From: Trichosphaerium sp. ATCC 40318
Lineage: Eukaryota; Protista; Tubulinea
DNA: 64,000 bases
Direction of reading: 5' to 3'
NCBI GenBank assembly: GCA_038496445.1
Contig: JALMLS010000289.1
Location: 62,001-126,000, forward strand
Below the pieces are notes generated by a model that saw only the letters and a list, made by a program, of their open reading frames with translations, was not told the DNA's origin and ran no database searches. The first letter of the stretch is position 1, and each line of letters begins with the position of its first letter. Made by a program: the position numbers and the translations under genes. Positions 38,472 to 55,680 of the stretch are shown here, piece after piece.

Positions 38472-41400
38472 TCATTTTCTGCTTACAAATTGGACTGATT
38501 GCAATTCGCGTAGTGACTTTACAATATGAACGACATGGTTTGTATCGGGGTCAATGATATTTAGAATACTTCCTTCATCTTTGATAATAGACGTCACATT
38601 GTCTGGAACTGTGTTATTATCCAAAATGATAAACTTCACCTTCATTCTGGACAATGCTCTCGTCACCAACTTCTTCTGCATCATGTTTCCAATGAGCAAT
38701 CCGATTAGAATATCTCCATTACAAGGACATAAAGTAATATTGATAACAGTTCCATTTGAGGTTAACATTTGTACACTTGATACAACATTTTCAATATTCA
38801 AATCTACATTATTCAGTTAACATCACAAAGCCCTCTTTTTGTACACAGCGTACCAGGAAATACCGACTTTAAGTATTCAAAACTGTAATCATAAGCTGGA
38901 TGCAAGTAAGAACCTACAATGAGAACTTCTAGGTTATCTGGAACGAAGTCTGACAGCTGAATGACAACTTGGTCATTTCTCCTAAATACAACCTGTCAAC
39001 GAGAAAAATAAGAGACAGCAGATAATAGCGTACATGCCACATGTGATCAAAAGATCTATGTTGTGTGTTGAATTCAAGAACGTGTCAACAGTGTAGACAA
39101 TAACAGATATAAGCGATCGGCGACTAAACATAAAGTGTTAGTTTGTTAACATGATGATTTCAGTACTCTAAACATAAGTGCTGTGGCACATTGTCATGAA
39201 CAACACAACCTATATAAGCGCTATGCGTAGAAGAAAGTATTTCTATAGCTTCTTGAATCACATTCTCTAGACTGACGCTACAGGAACCAAGTTAGCACAA
39301 AGTAGAAGTAAAATAATCAAAAAGTAGTTTTACGTTTTCATAGTGCTAATACTTTCTCTGTCCGTCAATAAACCCTGCCATTGTCGCACTCGCTGTAGTT
39401 TTTCTGTAACATACGTGTTGCCCTTACAAGCTTCAATGACTTCGTCTATAGAGGCTAAAGAAGCTGTAACAACCAATGATGTCAAAGGGTTGCCACTTGA
39501 AATTTGAACACATTCGGTTTCTTGTAAAGTTGGATACAAACGTTTCCAAACATTTGGAAGAGTAACATCAAGGCAAGGAGCATAACGTGATTCAGCAAGC
39601 TAGAAATACCATCAAAAAAAACTCAAGAGGTACTTACGTACCCTCAAATAACCTTCAGCTGACTGTGCCATATCATGAGCAAAGCAGAAGTCAGCTGCTA
39701 TCTTACAAGCAAGTGCAGCAAAGTTCCAAACACCTTCCTCATCTAACATCTTCCTTATCGCCTCGTACTCAACGAGTATGTCCTTTGGAACAATATCTGA
39801 TCTGGACTGACGTAGATTCCATTGGAGATTGCATAGATTAAGTAAAGCTGTGCAAGCCCTACCGAGCTGCCATGTTAAGAGTTGATTAAGTTGTTCCTCC
39901 AATTCTTTTCTAACTTAACTTAACTTTGTTTAAGCAATAATAAAAGCGTCAATCGTACGTATCATCATCGTTCTTTTCCTTGTATGTTGTCTTGTACAGA
40001 AAGTATGCAAACTCACCATACATATGACCGAGCCATCCCCACCATACTGTAAACTCATCAACCTCAGGATGAATTTCTTCCAAAGTTTCAAAATCGTTTC
40101 GTAGGATCAGGTTTACTGTAATAAAATCTACAAATGTCCTCCTACACGTATGCTTAGAACACTTCTCCCAATGCTTGTAAATTACTCCTTACATTCCACG
40201 GTATGGCTCAGGTAGCTTGCAAATTTCTTGAAAAGCTTTCGTGGGTTCTACGCGCCCAGTACGAACTTGTAAAGCATATACTGCACCAGCAATTGTATCA
40301 ATATACCTGTAGTTAAAAGGATAAGCTCTTAGAGCAAAATAAAATCTCATGGTACCCAGGATAACTGATATTCGTTACACGAAACAACTCCTCTGCTTCT
40401 TCCAGTGCGACATCAAGCTGTGCTTTGTCTGTGGTACATAGTAGCTACAAAGGAATAGATTAGCCCAGGAGATAACAAGTATTAGACAAAAACAAATTAC
40501 TATAAGCATGCATAGTTGTTTTGAAGAAATAAAAAAAAATGTTGAGAAGGTTTTGAGAAATGAACTAAAAAACGACTAAATGTTTTGGTTTATCATTCGA
40601 TATCCGGCACAAAAAAAAGTGCTACACAAAGCTATTGGAAAGAAGTTGATTGCAACTATAATTTTGACGTACTCCTTTGAATATCAGGGTACAAAACCGA
40701 ACGAAAAAGATGGTAATAAAGTCACCCTCGCTTGCTGCGAAAATTTCAGCTTTTTTCCAAAGCTCTTCAATGTTTTCTTTGTTTATAACAGGAAAGAAGT
40801 ACAAAACAAGAGTAACAATAGAAGTTGCAACGTTATGCTTGTCAGGTGCACGGAGAACTGTAATCAGCCTCATGGCAGTATCTCTTTGCTTGGCACTGAC
40901 CAAGAAATATATTATTGGTCCAACAAGTGCCTGTCTCTCGCATACAAAGTCATCGTGTTTTAGGGATAACTCTAGAGGAAGACGGATGAGATCCACAAAC
41001 ATTGTATTTTTTTGTACCCAGCAGCGTCAATGAAAAGTAAAAGAAAGGACCTAGAAGTCCCAGGAATTGCGCTAAAAAAGTGAATACTATAAATAACAGC
41101 GTGTATAACCTGCTACGACTGCATAGGCAGTAATTTCTCCGATATCTCTGAACTCTGTATTGTAATTGTTACACTGTCTTTCAAGACGTTCCACAAGCGC
41201 ATCAACGTCTGTGATCAGAGGTAGTATACGATTTTCTAGTTCCTGAGCATCTTTTAGTACTATGTTAGTAACTGCAAACCGTACACGCAGTTCTTTACAA
41301 CCAGGCACAAGTTCTGAAGTAGGTTTGTTTAAATCTATGAGGCCCATAGATTTCATACAATGTCTGGCACTCTCAAGCATTTCCATATATCTGAAAGTGT

Positions 41401-44400
41401 TCCAATGTACCCTTACCTGTACAAAATGTGCCAGTGCCTGCATTTAAGAGTGAATAACAAATGCACCTATATTTCGAAGTACCTTTTGTTCCTTAGTAGT
41501 TGCATGCTTAAATAATGTTTTGAGTGTCTTTTCTGTCCTCTCAGTATCACTAGCTGTTTCCTCTGCACGCGATTATTAGGAGAGGAGATATTTTACACTA
41601 GAACAAAGATGTGGTTACCTAGAAGAGCTTCACATCTGCTCTTTATGACGTGAACTCTCCAAGCAATGTCGTGATCACGTTTCCATATTTTTTCCTCCCC
41701 GAGTAGACTCAGTATATCAGAAGTATACTTCAAGGCGCTACTATTGTTGTAAGCCAAGCTAGCAATGGATGCACCTTTGAAAGAAACTCAGATTCACGTT
41801 ATTGCAGGATATCCTTACCAGCTAGAAGGTGCTCGCTAACAAGCATCTTTTCTTCATCTCTGACACAAGATAGACCTTGACTGAAACTTTCCGCTATCAG
41901 TTGTGCATCTAAACAAGAGGTTAAGACTTTGATTTGAAGCTTGAGAAAAAACCAAGAAATAAAGGTAATAGTGAGTCTTTTCGTACTTGACCGCCTGGCT
42001 TTTTGTGTAAGTGCTATACCGATTTTGTAATGCATTTCTTCTTTATTTACTATCATTCCATAGATTGCAACTTTAACTTGGTTATGAACAAACTTGAAAG
42101 CCTTTCGTTTCTTTCTTCTTGACTTTTCTAAAAAATCATTTTCAATCAATTCAGCGATCAATGGCTTTAAACTCTACAAAAATAAGTATCCGTTATTTCT
42201 ACATAACACCATAAATTTCAAATCGTACAGGTTCAGATGATGACAAAGATATGCTATCAACAGATTTTTTTGAAGTGAGTTTTGCAGCCATCTTTGTGCA
42301 ACCCTCAAGTTTTCCTTTGGTCTGTGTAAAAGTCAATACAGTGAGTTAAAGATTTACCAAACTGTATGAATTACCATCCTGAAATACGGTCGAAGTCGAC
42401 GCATCATTGACATTGTGATATCGCTATGAATGCAACTCGAGAGAAGAAGAAGTTGTAATGCATCTTCACTCAAAAATCTGAGCTTATAAAGAATGATCTT
42501 ACTCTGGAGTATAAGCTTCTTTGTTTTTTCAATCTGGCGTTCTAATTCTTCACCTGATAGATCTTTGTTTGCATAGGGTTCAAATTGTTTCTCTATTTCT
42601 TGTATAAGTCGCTATAGAAGAGGTGCAGGTAGTGTAGTAGGTACCTGAATCCAAAAATGAGATGATTTTATTGATATGAAATGCATTCCCTTTTGTGATG
42701 TCCAGTAGTAGAGAAGCCAGCTTCTCAACGTTATATATATTACTGCAGTTATTATTGAGCCAAGAAGTAATGCATTCTATACTAAGACTACTTATTTCTA
42801 TCTCCTTCACTTCAGAGATAGCCATCTTGGTAATATTGTTAATCATATTCTACAATTTAGTAAACATTCTTTCAGTAGTTTTGTTTGTGTACTCTGTGTT
42901 TCGGATGTAGTTCCCCAGACCTATAAGTAGCTGCAACAAGAAGATTTGATACTGATTCAGAAGTCAGCAACATCTCTAGAAGAGTTAAACTGTTTCTATC
43001 AGCCCAATGAAGATCATCCAGAACAAGAATCTATCATAAAAATAAACATAAGGAAAGAATATAAACGAACTACTGCATACCATACGGCGACCACCTTCAG
43101 ACAATAACCTGAAAAGCATTACAATAACACCTGAAAGTTGTTTAGGATCTTCTATAGCTCGTTCTCTGCTCGTAGATACAACCTAAGTGTACGATATTAG
43201 CTACGTCATAAAAGTGCTATCTGATAACACGTGCCTTTCCAATAAGCTTAGAAAATAGCGGTAGAATAGAACATAACTGTGATAACGAATCTTTTGGCAT
43301 ACGAGCAAGCAATAACGATTTTACCCTCGTCAATTCAAAGTGTGATTCTTTATCAATCATGGTTTCAATGATATCAGTGATAGCACTCAAGATTGGTCCA
43401 AAAGTTGTAGTATCTCCTCTGTTCCACTTTCCAAAGCCACTACCACCGTTTTCTGACACGTAATCTACTACACGCCTTATGAACATCGACTTTCCAGCTC
43501 CGGATTCAGCTGACAATACCACAAACAAATTTCTTCTGTTTACAATATCTGCAATGTTTGTAACAGCATGCAATGCCATTTCCTCCCTATCGAATTATGG
43601 TTTAGTATTAGCTTTACTCGAACCGAACCTTCCGTATAATACATATCTATCACTCTTTGATTTACTGTCACTATAGATAGGTAGCTTATGTTTCATCTCA
43701 TCTGTGACGATAAGATTTGCAATGACTCTGTAGAGCATTGAAATTATTTCTTCGAAATTCGGACGCTCTTTTTCATCAGTTGCCCAGCAGACTTTTTTGT
43801 GAGAAGGAAAAGGTCAGGTTATGTAATTTCAACATTTGCTTACCTTTGATCAAGTCTTGTAGCCTTTCATTTGTACAATTAGATAGTGGAGGACGCTCGC
43901 CGCTTAGAAGCTGCTGTTGGGATACTAATCTACCGAAGGGAGCTTGGTGTGCAAGCATTTCCCATAACGTAATACCATACGAATACACGTCAGCTTTGAC
44001 CGTGTAATCCTGACTTGTATACACTTCAGGAGCCATATAAGGGACAGTGCCTGTCAATTGTGTATGCAACACTTCTGATGCATTTACTGAAGTTCCAAAA
44101 TCTACATTTAAAAACATGAAATAAGAACGTAGGTTCTTTGTTGTTAACGTTGTTCGTACCAGTTAATTTTATGCTAGGATTCCCAGCATAGCTTTTTAAA
44201 GATGTAACTAGAATGTTATCTAAGAAACATTAGATAGTCTATCTTGTGGGACGTGCATTGTTAATACCAGGCTTCAGATCACGGTACAAAATAGGGCAAG
44301 GTTCATCATTTAGTCGAAAAGTATGCAAGTATTGCATGGCTGCACTCAGTTAAAAGTAACGATTTCACAACTGCTTGTACCTTTTGCTATGTCTAAGGCT

Positions 44401-46669
44401 ATTGATATATAAGACTTCCAATTATCAAGAGGACTTGGCCTAAGTGTATGGATCAGTATATCAAATTGTGAATTTAAAGCTAACTTAGAATGAATGATAT
44501 CCCAAAGCGATCCTAGCTCAACAAATGGAACCAAAATGCACATAGAGGAGCCTTCCATACATGCACCAACTAAGATGGTATTAATTTAGATGTAATTTAA
44601 ATAAGCATGTGTGCATACGCATGTCAATGATACAAGGATGAGATAATTTTCCCAACATAGATACTTCTCTTTGGAACTCTGACAAATATTCTTGATCTTG
44701 GTAATGCTTCACAGCAACTACTTGCCCTTTATATTTGGCTTTTACAACATTTGCCGGACCACCTCTATCTAATAATGGTGTCAACATAAATAAACGAGGG
44801 TTACACAGTACGCACTTATAGTAACAATGTCATCGTATTCGTCTTTTTCAAAAATTATATCCTTAAATCTGACCGTGTATTGAGTTGTTGTGCTAGAAGT
44901 ATGGATCCTATTTGATATCGCTCGGAACCTCATTCATATTTTTAGAATAATATAAGATTATGTACTTTACTTACCACATCTGGCTGTCTTTGTGAGTTTT
45001 ACAAACGAGCGTTAAAGTGGATTTTGCAATAGTTAACACCAAAGCTGGCTTATTTTTGAAGTTTGTATTTTTTATCTTTGTTGTTTCTGTGATCTGGTAA
45101 CTGGCTCCAACAATCTGCATCTAGATGTAATGTGTTATTCGCATTAGTACATAAACGATAATATACCTTTGCATCTTCATAAGAATGGAGAACGCTGCCA
45201 CGCAACTCAAAGTAATACTTTGTACGTTCGCTTTTAAACAAAACTGATTTTTTCACAACCGTCATGAAACCCGCACATACTACCCCGCCAATAGCTACGT
45301 TCTTTCTCCCCGCCTTCTTAGACAACTTGGCTGTATCCACCCATAATTTTGAGAGTATTAAGGTGCTTTCATCTTTCTGTAAGACTAACAACATATTGCT
45401 TGAAGCAACTATTTTGACAATGAGGTTCTTGCTTTTAAAAGTCTTGATCGGAGTTTCTTGATCACGCTCTTGTTGATTATAAATCACAATCTTGTCATTG
45501 TTAAAGCTACAACCCAACATATCATCTGGTAGCAACACAAGTGCAGACACTAGAGTCAAGTCAAAACAAACAGTGTAGCAAGTGTAAAATGAGTTTTTCG
45601 TCTAGAAAAAAAATAGAACAAAATATTTCAGGGAGCTGTACTGGTAGTGGTTTACCTCTAGTGGAAAGCTGTGTGAGCAGCCCAGCGTTTTCATTTATTT
45701 CTACTTTGTTGACATTGAACAACAGCTTTACAGCAGTGAGACTGTACGCTTTTATCTTCCCATGTAAATCACCAATGTATAAAATAGTGCCACGAACAGC
45801 CATAGAAGTAGGTGCAGCGTCAAGCTGAACATCATATGAAAAGGAAGAAGAACCACTATGGCTCACATAAAGTGTGCTTGAAGAAGCACAAATGACGTAA
45901 TTACCTACGACCTTCATTAAAAAACAAAACTCCCAAAATTCCAAGAAATTTCATATTGTGAAATGACAAGTTGCGTGAGCTGTGAGGCTGTGAGGTTGTA
46001 CCATGAATTCTTGTAAAGAGTAAAACGTCATCACCAGAGACTATTGTGATCACTTTCCCTGTATTCAAGTTAACACATACCATTTTATTACTATGTGCTA
46101 TCAGAAGCTTTTCTTCTTTTAGAATAGAAACACTATCATCCACCAAAGTTAACGGGATTCTAACGTCTTTTTGTAGCGTCAAAGCGCCAGTATCATAGTC
46201 TAGGTTATATGCGGATTTCGAAGCGTCAATAACAATGCATCTGATCTCATTTGGGATGACCTGGAAGAAGGTTAATCAAAACTTGCTCTAAAATAAACAA
46301 ATCTGTCTCATACAGCCAATATTCTTTCATCCTTAATCGATGCGCCTTCAGATAGCTCCTCGGTTTCGATATTGTATACATAAACAACGTCTTTTTCTGC
46401 CTTGTCTTTTGTAAGCGCTATAATATATGGCCATACGCATTTTGCACGCGAAACAACGGCAGGGAACTGTATTATTCGTTCCTTGCTATTTTCGTTTGCC
46501 GATATCAGTACAACTCTTGGCAAAACCATCAGAACACGTTAAAACTGCTAAATTACTTTGTAGATTTGTTATAGCATGATAAAAAGTAGTTGGGTTCTAC
46601 AAATGCCGTGGCGCTTCGGGAGTAAACTTTACCGCCTAAATAAGGTTCTATTGTTGAAATTATATCCAT
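38472..46669 (-). CDS. Large multidomain signalling protein: beta-propeller, PH, TKL kinase, STAND/AAA_16 NTPase, TPR-like helical region, degenerate HisKA/HATPase, receiver-like tail
   Basis: VAVK, YRDLKPDN, DFG and GTVPYMAPE kinase motifs; SAESGAGKS Walker A; LVLDDLHWAD Walker B; TKGNAFH; FKFVHNQV; NPLTSL and NGTVINITL histidine-kinase remnants. Confidence 0.8.
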
Positions 46670-47138
46670 TTCTTCATCAATGGCGAGTGTTCTGAGTTGT
46701 AGCGTTGCCAATTACTAAATTGTTTGAGTTAATTAAGTTAACCTCGAAGGAGAATCTAGCATACTTTCCTGAAACAGCAGTAATTTTATGAACTTTAAAC
46801 ATACGGCATTCACCCAATAAATCCACGTACTCAAAGTGAGCTACATACAAACTCTTGAACATACTTCTATGGAGTGTCAACCGCACAAACACATTTCTCA
46901 GACTTATATTACAAATGTTGCTAATGTTCATACTACTACATGGAAATAGTTGTAAAGAATATTGTGTACTGAATATGGTGACGTTGCACGTTACAACAGT
47001 GTACCTTCACAAATAGAAAAGAAATAGAAAGCGAAGAAATTTGGTCAACTTTGTTTGTACATTGGGTTTTAAAATTTATTATTTTTTTTTGCGCAATTAA
47101 AAAAAAGTTCTTAAAGGGTTTTCTCATTTTGGCTGCCC

Positions 47139-50100
47139 TTATGGCTTCATTGCAACTGTCCATTTTACAAGTCTTTTCAATCCAACCATAAGTTTAGAAC
47201 CAAACTGACGGTAATGTGCTTTTGAAAACTCTGCCCACGAGGCGTTTGCACCGTCATAATTACCAGAATGTATAAGATTTATAAAATTAAGCAAAGCAAC
47301 CTCTTGAGGGTCTGCATAAGCATTTGCTTGAAGTTTCTTTGCAAGTTCGTTAAACCTAGAAGCAACATCTGATATATCTTTATCTGCTTGACCACCCTAG
47401 ATTACAATGTAAGCGAAACAAGAAGAGAAAAAAATTGAAAGAAAATACAAAAAAAAATACGTACTGTTTTGGCCTTGCACTTATTTAAAACCTCTCTACA
47501 CTTAGCTAATATCTCCTTTCCTTTTGCTGTAATTTTTATCACCTTCTTTGGTGGAGGTGCTGCTTTAGGTTCAGGACGTTTTGGTGCTGCTGCTGCAGGT
47601 CCTGGAGCTCTCTATCAAAAAAGTTAGAACTGTAGAAAATAAAACTTGATCATACATTTCCTCGAACTTGAGTGACAGGAGGTGGTCCAACAGCACCTGG
47701 ACGCGCTACTTGGCGGTTAGGAGCACCTGGACGAAAGCCAGTGTTAGCTTGCATGCCTGGTCCCCTATTTAATGGTGCTCCAGGTCCACCCATAACTGGT
47801 GCTCCTGGTCCACCCATTGTAGGTGGTCCACCCATAATATTAGGTGTCATTGCGGCCATGCCTGGCCCCATGTTTAATGGTGCTCCAGGTCCACCCATAA
47901 CAGGTGCTCCTGGTCCGCCCATAACAGGTGCTCCTGGTCCACCCATTGTAGGTGGTGCCCCTGGTCCAAGAGGATCTAGTACATAGTTAATAGAGAATTA
48001 AAAGAGTAGGTTGTAAAAAAAACTTGTACCCATCATATTCATTGCTTGTGGTGGACCCACCGTAGGCTGAGGACCGGGTGTTTTGTTAATTCTTGGTTGA
48101 GTATTCTGGGGCGTGAGTCCTGGGGTTTCAGGCATACTCCTTGGTCCCGATCGCTTAACTCTTCGCTTCACTTTCGAGTTCGATTTTGGTGGAGGCGCAA
48201 CAGCTCGGGCCTTACCACCATATACAGGCGGTGGCCTACGATCAAGTGGCCCTGGTCCACCGACTTGAGGAGCGGCCGCTTGTACCATGTTATTTCCAGG
48301 TGTAAACGCACCAGGTACAGCACCAGACATACCACCTACAAAAAAGTAAACCACAACTCAAAAAAAAAATGGTAAAAGGTCTTTCCGTACCAGGTACATT
48401 ACCACCAGGTGCTACTATACCAGGCGGTGCTACTGGTCTATATCCATGTGTAGTCGCAGGAGCAGGTCCATTGCTATAAGTAGGCGTAGGTACCATACCA
48501 GGTCCACCAGGTCCCATGGTAGGTGTAACAGGAGAAACGACTCCTGGGTGCATCGGAGTTGTTACAGGTTGAACTGGTGGCATCCCATTTGAGTAACCTG
48601 AAGGTTGATAACCTGGCGTATAACTCGTTGCAGGTATGGTAGAAACAGCAGGACCTGGGCTACCATATCCAGCATATCCACCACGGTTAGGTGTGTTTGG
48701 CTGTGTGAATCCTGTAGCACCTCCGCGCTTTGGTCTGGACCTTGTATTGCTACGTTGTGATACTCCAGAAGCAGTTGGTACTGTGGAATTTTCTGTTGTG
48801 AATGGGAAAGCTGGTGGACTCTGTTTGAGACCAAGAGCGTTGTAAACACGATCAAGAAGTACACCACCTTCTGTTTTTGTGAATTTTGGGTCTCTCATAT
48901 GCTCCAAGTACGGCATAGCTGCTTGAAGCCTTCCTTGAGATGCCAAGATCTTGGCATATCTTTAAGAGAGTAAGTATACGTCATTTTAAACGAATTGGAA
49001 CGCACTCTGTGTATTTTGAAGCAAGAAGAGAAGAAACTTCTGTAGGTGCATTAGCATGAGTTAATATCTCCACACGCTCAATTAAATCTTGTAGATCATC
49101 CAACGGGTTAACTGATCGTTTCTTTTCCTTTTTTTTAAAAGTTAGATAAGGACGCATTGCGTAGTTAAGTCAATAAACGACAAAACGAAAAAAACAGAAC
49201 ACTTTGAAGCATGCGTACTTTTTGAAGCCAAAACTCAATAGCTTTGTCATTTTTACGTGCACATATATAACACGTCAAGGCATTGTAAAAATTACCAGTT
49301 TTATCTTGTGATAGGCGATCTCCTAGAGTCTCACATAGCTCAGCAGCTTCTTCTGGTGTTGCATAGCAAATAAATGTAGCAAGTGCTTGCCGCCAATATT
49401 TTAGCTCTACATCTGCAGCAATACGCTTAAAGTCATTGTTTACAATAGCAGAAACTAATGTCATAAAAGGTCTCTTTTTACGTTGTGCTTTGAGGTAGCT
49501 CGCCTGAGAAAACGTCAGATTTGATCCTATACTCTTTTTTTTCACAATGTACCTGCGCTAGGTTCCATAATGAAGCGTCTGGCGATGCCTTAGCAATAAC
49601 CAATGCATCCGCATAACGTCCTACGCGAAAGCAAGCCTCTACAGCACCACGTAGGTTACCAACCATCAAAGATCTTCAAAACAAGTTAGAAAAGTAATTA
49701 AACTATTAATGAATACCTTGCTATAGCTGTTTCAATCTTATCAGCACTTTCAAACCTCATAGGCGTTGATTTTCTCTTTTTAATTTTTGTTGGTGTCTGT
49801 AGTTGTTCCATAGTATCAAAAGCAGATGTTTCGCCTTCTTCACCAATACCAAAACCATCTGACGCTGTTTTTAAACAGAATAAGCAACAAAAAAAAACAT
49901 GAAGAATGAACAAAAAAATCGACTTTTTGTTTACCTGACACTGCTTCTTTAACTGGCTCTTCGTACTCTTCTTCATCTTCAGGATTCTCCAAAAGACCTT
50001 CTCCAGGGTACTTAGATAGAAATTTTGTAACTTCCTCAGCGACTTTATCAGGTGCAAACCCAAGGTATTTCATTAAATGATCTCTATTTTCTTCTGCATC

Positions 50101-51835
50101 AAATGTTGCTCCAAGGAATCCCCATATTTGTTTTTCTCCTTTGTCCTTACAGTTCTCGGCTTTCTGTACGCAATACTCTCTGTAGTTTGCATTTTTGAGT
50201 ACATTCTGAAGAGCATCAGCGCGCTTAGCGACTTGATTTTCTGTAACAACTGTCGACACCTAAAAAGGGGAAAAAAATCAATACAACAGACCAACATAGA
50301 AGTCTTTCGAAAACGTACTTTAACGCTTGTTTTAGCTGCTGTGATAAGTTTACCACCAAATCCGAATGTGGCGCTGCAAGGTCGCTAGTATAAAATCAGA
50401 AGAGGTTGAGAGCAAATTGAGACATACAGCTAACCATCTTGGTGGTTTTTGAAGTACCATGCCTTCAGTACCAATATCTACAAGCGATAGAACTTTAATC
50501 TACAAAAAACCAAAAATTAGCATTACAGAAAGAATAATCATTTTGACTTGCCTTGTTCTCTAGAGAAGCTGCTGAAGCAACGGCATTTATACAAGGAGAC
50601 CATTGTACATCAACATTCCATTTAGCAGATGTTTCGACCTTAAGACATAAATAAGCTAAAGAATCTTTGTTGTTTTTGAATAGGGAATTAAAAAAAAAAG
50701 AGTTGTTTACCTCGCAAAGCACTTCTCCTGTTGATACATCCCAACATAATGTTTTATTATCCTTACCACTCGATAATAGTAAATTTGTGTCAACATCACA
50801 CCAAGACAGAGATAGTACACCCTTAGTATGTCCACGGAAAGTCTACAATTAAAAAAAAATTAAATACAACTTCAAACAAAACATGTCTTGAATCTATCAT
50901 CAACACGGCGTAAAAAGTACCTTGATAGGTCCAGCATATGTATTCTTTAAATCCCACAATTGAATAACTGGATTATTATCGTCTTCAGATGCAGTTAGAA
51001 GTTGTACATCCTAACAAACAGCATAAGAAAAAAGACAAACAAAATGTCAAACAAAAAAAAAAAAAAATACGCACAGCTGTAGGGCTCCAAGCCATAGCTT
51101 TACATTTACCGATAGAATCAGCAAAACTAATGATATGACGTCCTTTTCTCAAGTCCCAAATAGCAGTAAAACCATCATGAGAGCATGATCCGAGGATATG
51201 TGGTACTTTCTTATTCCATGACACGCAACTAATCTTTCCTGAGTGAGGAGACTGTGGTGTTTTCTGAACTGGTTGTGCTGGATTCTTTACGTCCCAAATT
51301 ATAATCTAAGCGTAATATAAGGTATATTTAGTGAAATGTAGTGTGTACTTTGCCGCTAGTATCACCAGAAGCGAGAAATGATTTATTGAAAGCATTAAAC
51401 TCTAAAGCGCCTACTGGTCCTTGGTGTTGTATTGGTGCCGATAATTGAGACTTGGAAATGTCTCCTCTGCAAAAAACGTTGGCAAAACTTTCTAGTTTTT
51501 TTGGAGTTGTTTACGTACCCATTTATAAACGGAGAAGGGTTATATAGTTGAACAGCGCCATTAGAAAAACCACCAGCAATAATACCGTATGGTGTCGCTG
51601 GAGTGACGTGTCCCCACACTAGCCTGTGCGCACGCTCTGTAGTAGAAATTTTACCAAGGGAACGCATTTCTGACGATCGAGCCTTTAAATTCAAGTCAAA
51701 TAACTCTACAGTGCCAGAGGCATCGAAATCGAGCGACATTGTTCCATGAAGTGTAGCTGTCGCCAAGTAACCCGGATGCTGTGTGCAAGGGCTCCAGGCC
51801 ACTGCGCTTGTGAGATTTACCTCCTTTAGCTTCAT
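47139..51835 (-). CDS. SEC31: COPII outer coat subunit Sec31
   Basis: [18 protein letters not shown]40 repeats, [22 protein letters not shown]1 helical region, Pro/Gly-rich region, C-terminal helical domain. Confidence 0.96.
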
Positions 51836-51956
51836 GGCTGTGTATAAGAACGGTAAACGTAGTTTTTTGTTGCCAACGTGGTTTTGCGAATTTGCTAGGC
51901 AAACAATTTACTAGCCAAATCCGTCTGTAATAACTTTTTGAATAATTCCCGCCGCA
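51836..51956. promoter_or_regulatory. Putative bidirectional promoter between SEC31 and MCM5
   Basis: Divergent start codons only 121 bp apart. Confidence 0.7.
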
Positions 51957-55298
<3,342 letters not shown>

Positions 55299-55680
55299 GA
55301 GTTTATTCTCCTCTCACCAAAAGGGCTCTGTTATCATTGTGTTGTAATATAAGAAAAATTGAGTAAAAAAGGGTTACGCCCATGCATTGAACGTTTCAAT
55401 AATAATATCTTTCTGTATATGGTGTGCATCACAGAGCGCTCGTGTGAGTAATAGTATCAAGGATTAACAGAACAATTAACGTTTAAGGTTTTTAGAATTT
55501 CAGCGAGCATGTAGGCGTTTTCAATTGTACTGTTTAAATCATTGTTTGCTGAGGGTTTACGGTAGTTCTTATAGCTCAGTCAAGTGAATTCTAGTCGAAA
55601 AAGGTTGTATTGATCAAAAAAGGCATCTTCAGTTCACAAATAGAAACCCATTCTTTCATCGACAACTACTCCTTGCACAA

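Noticed and set aside
47672-47986. Collagen-like GAPGPP plus-strand ORF
   Set aside because: Antisense of the SEC31 Pro/Gly-rich PVMGGPGA repeats.
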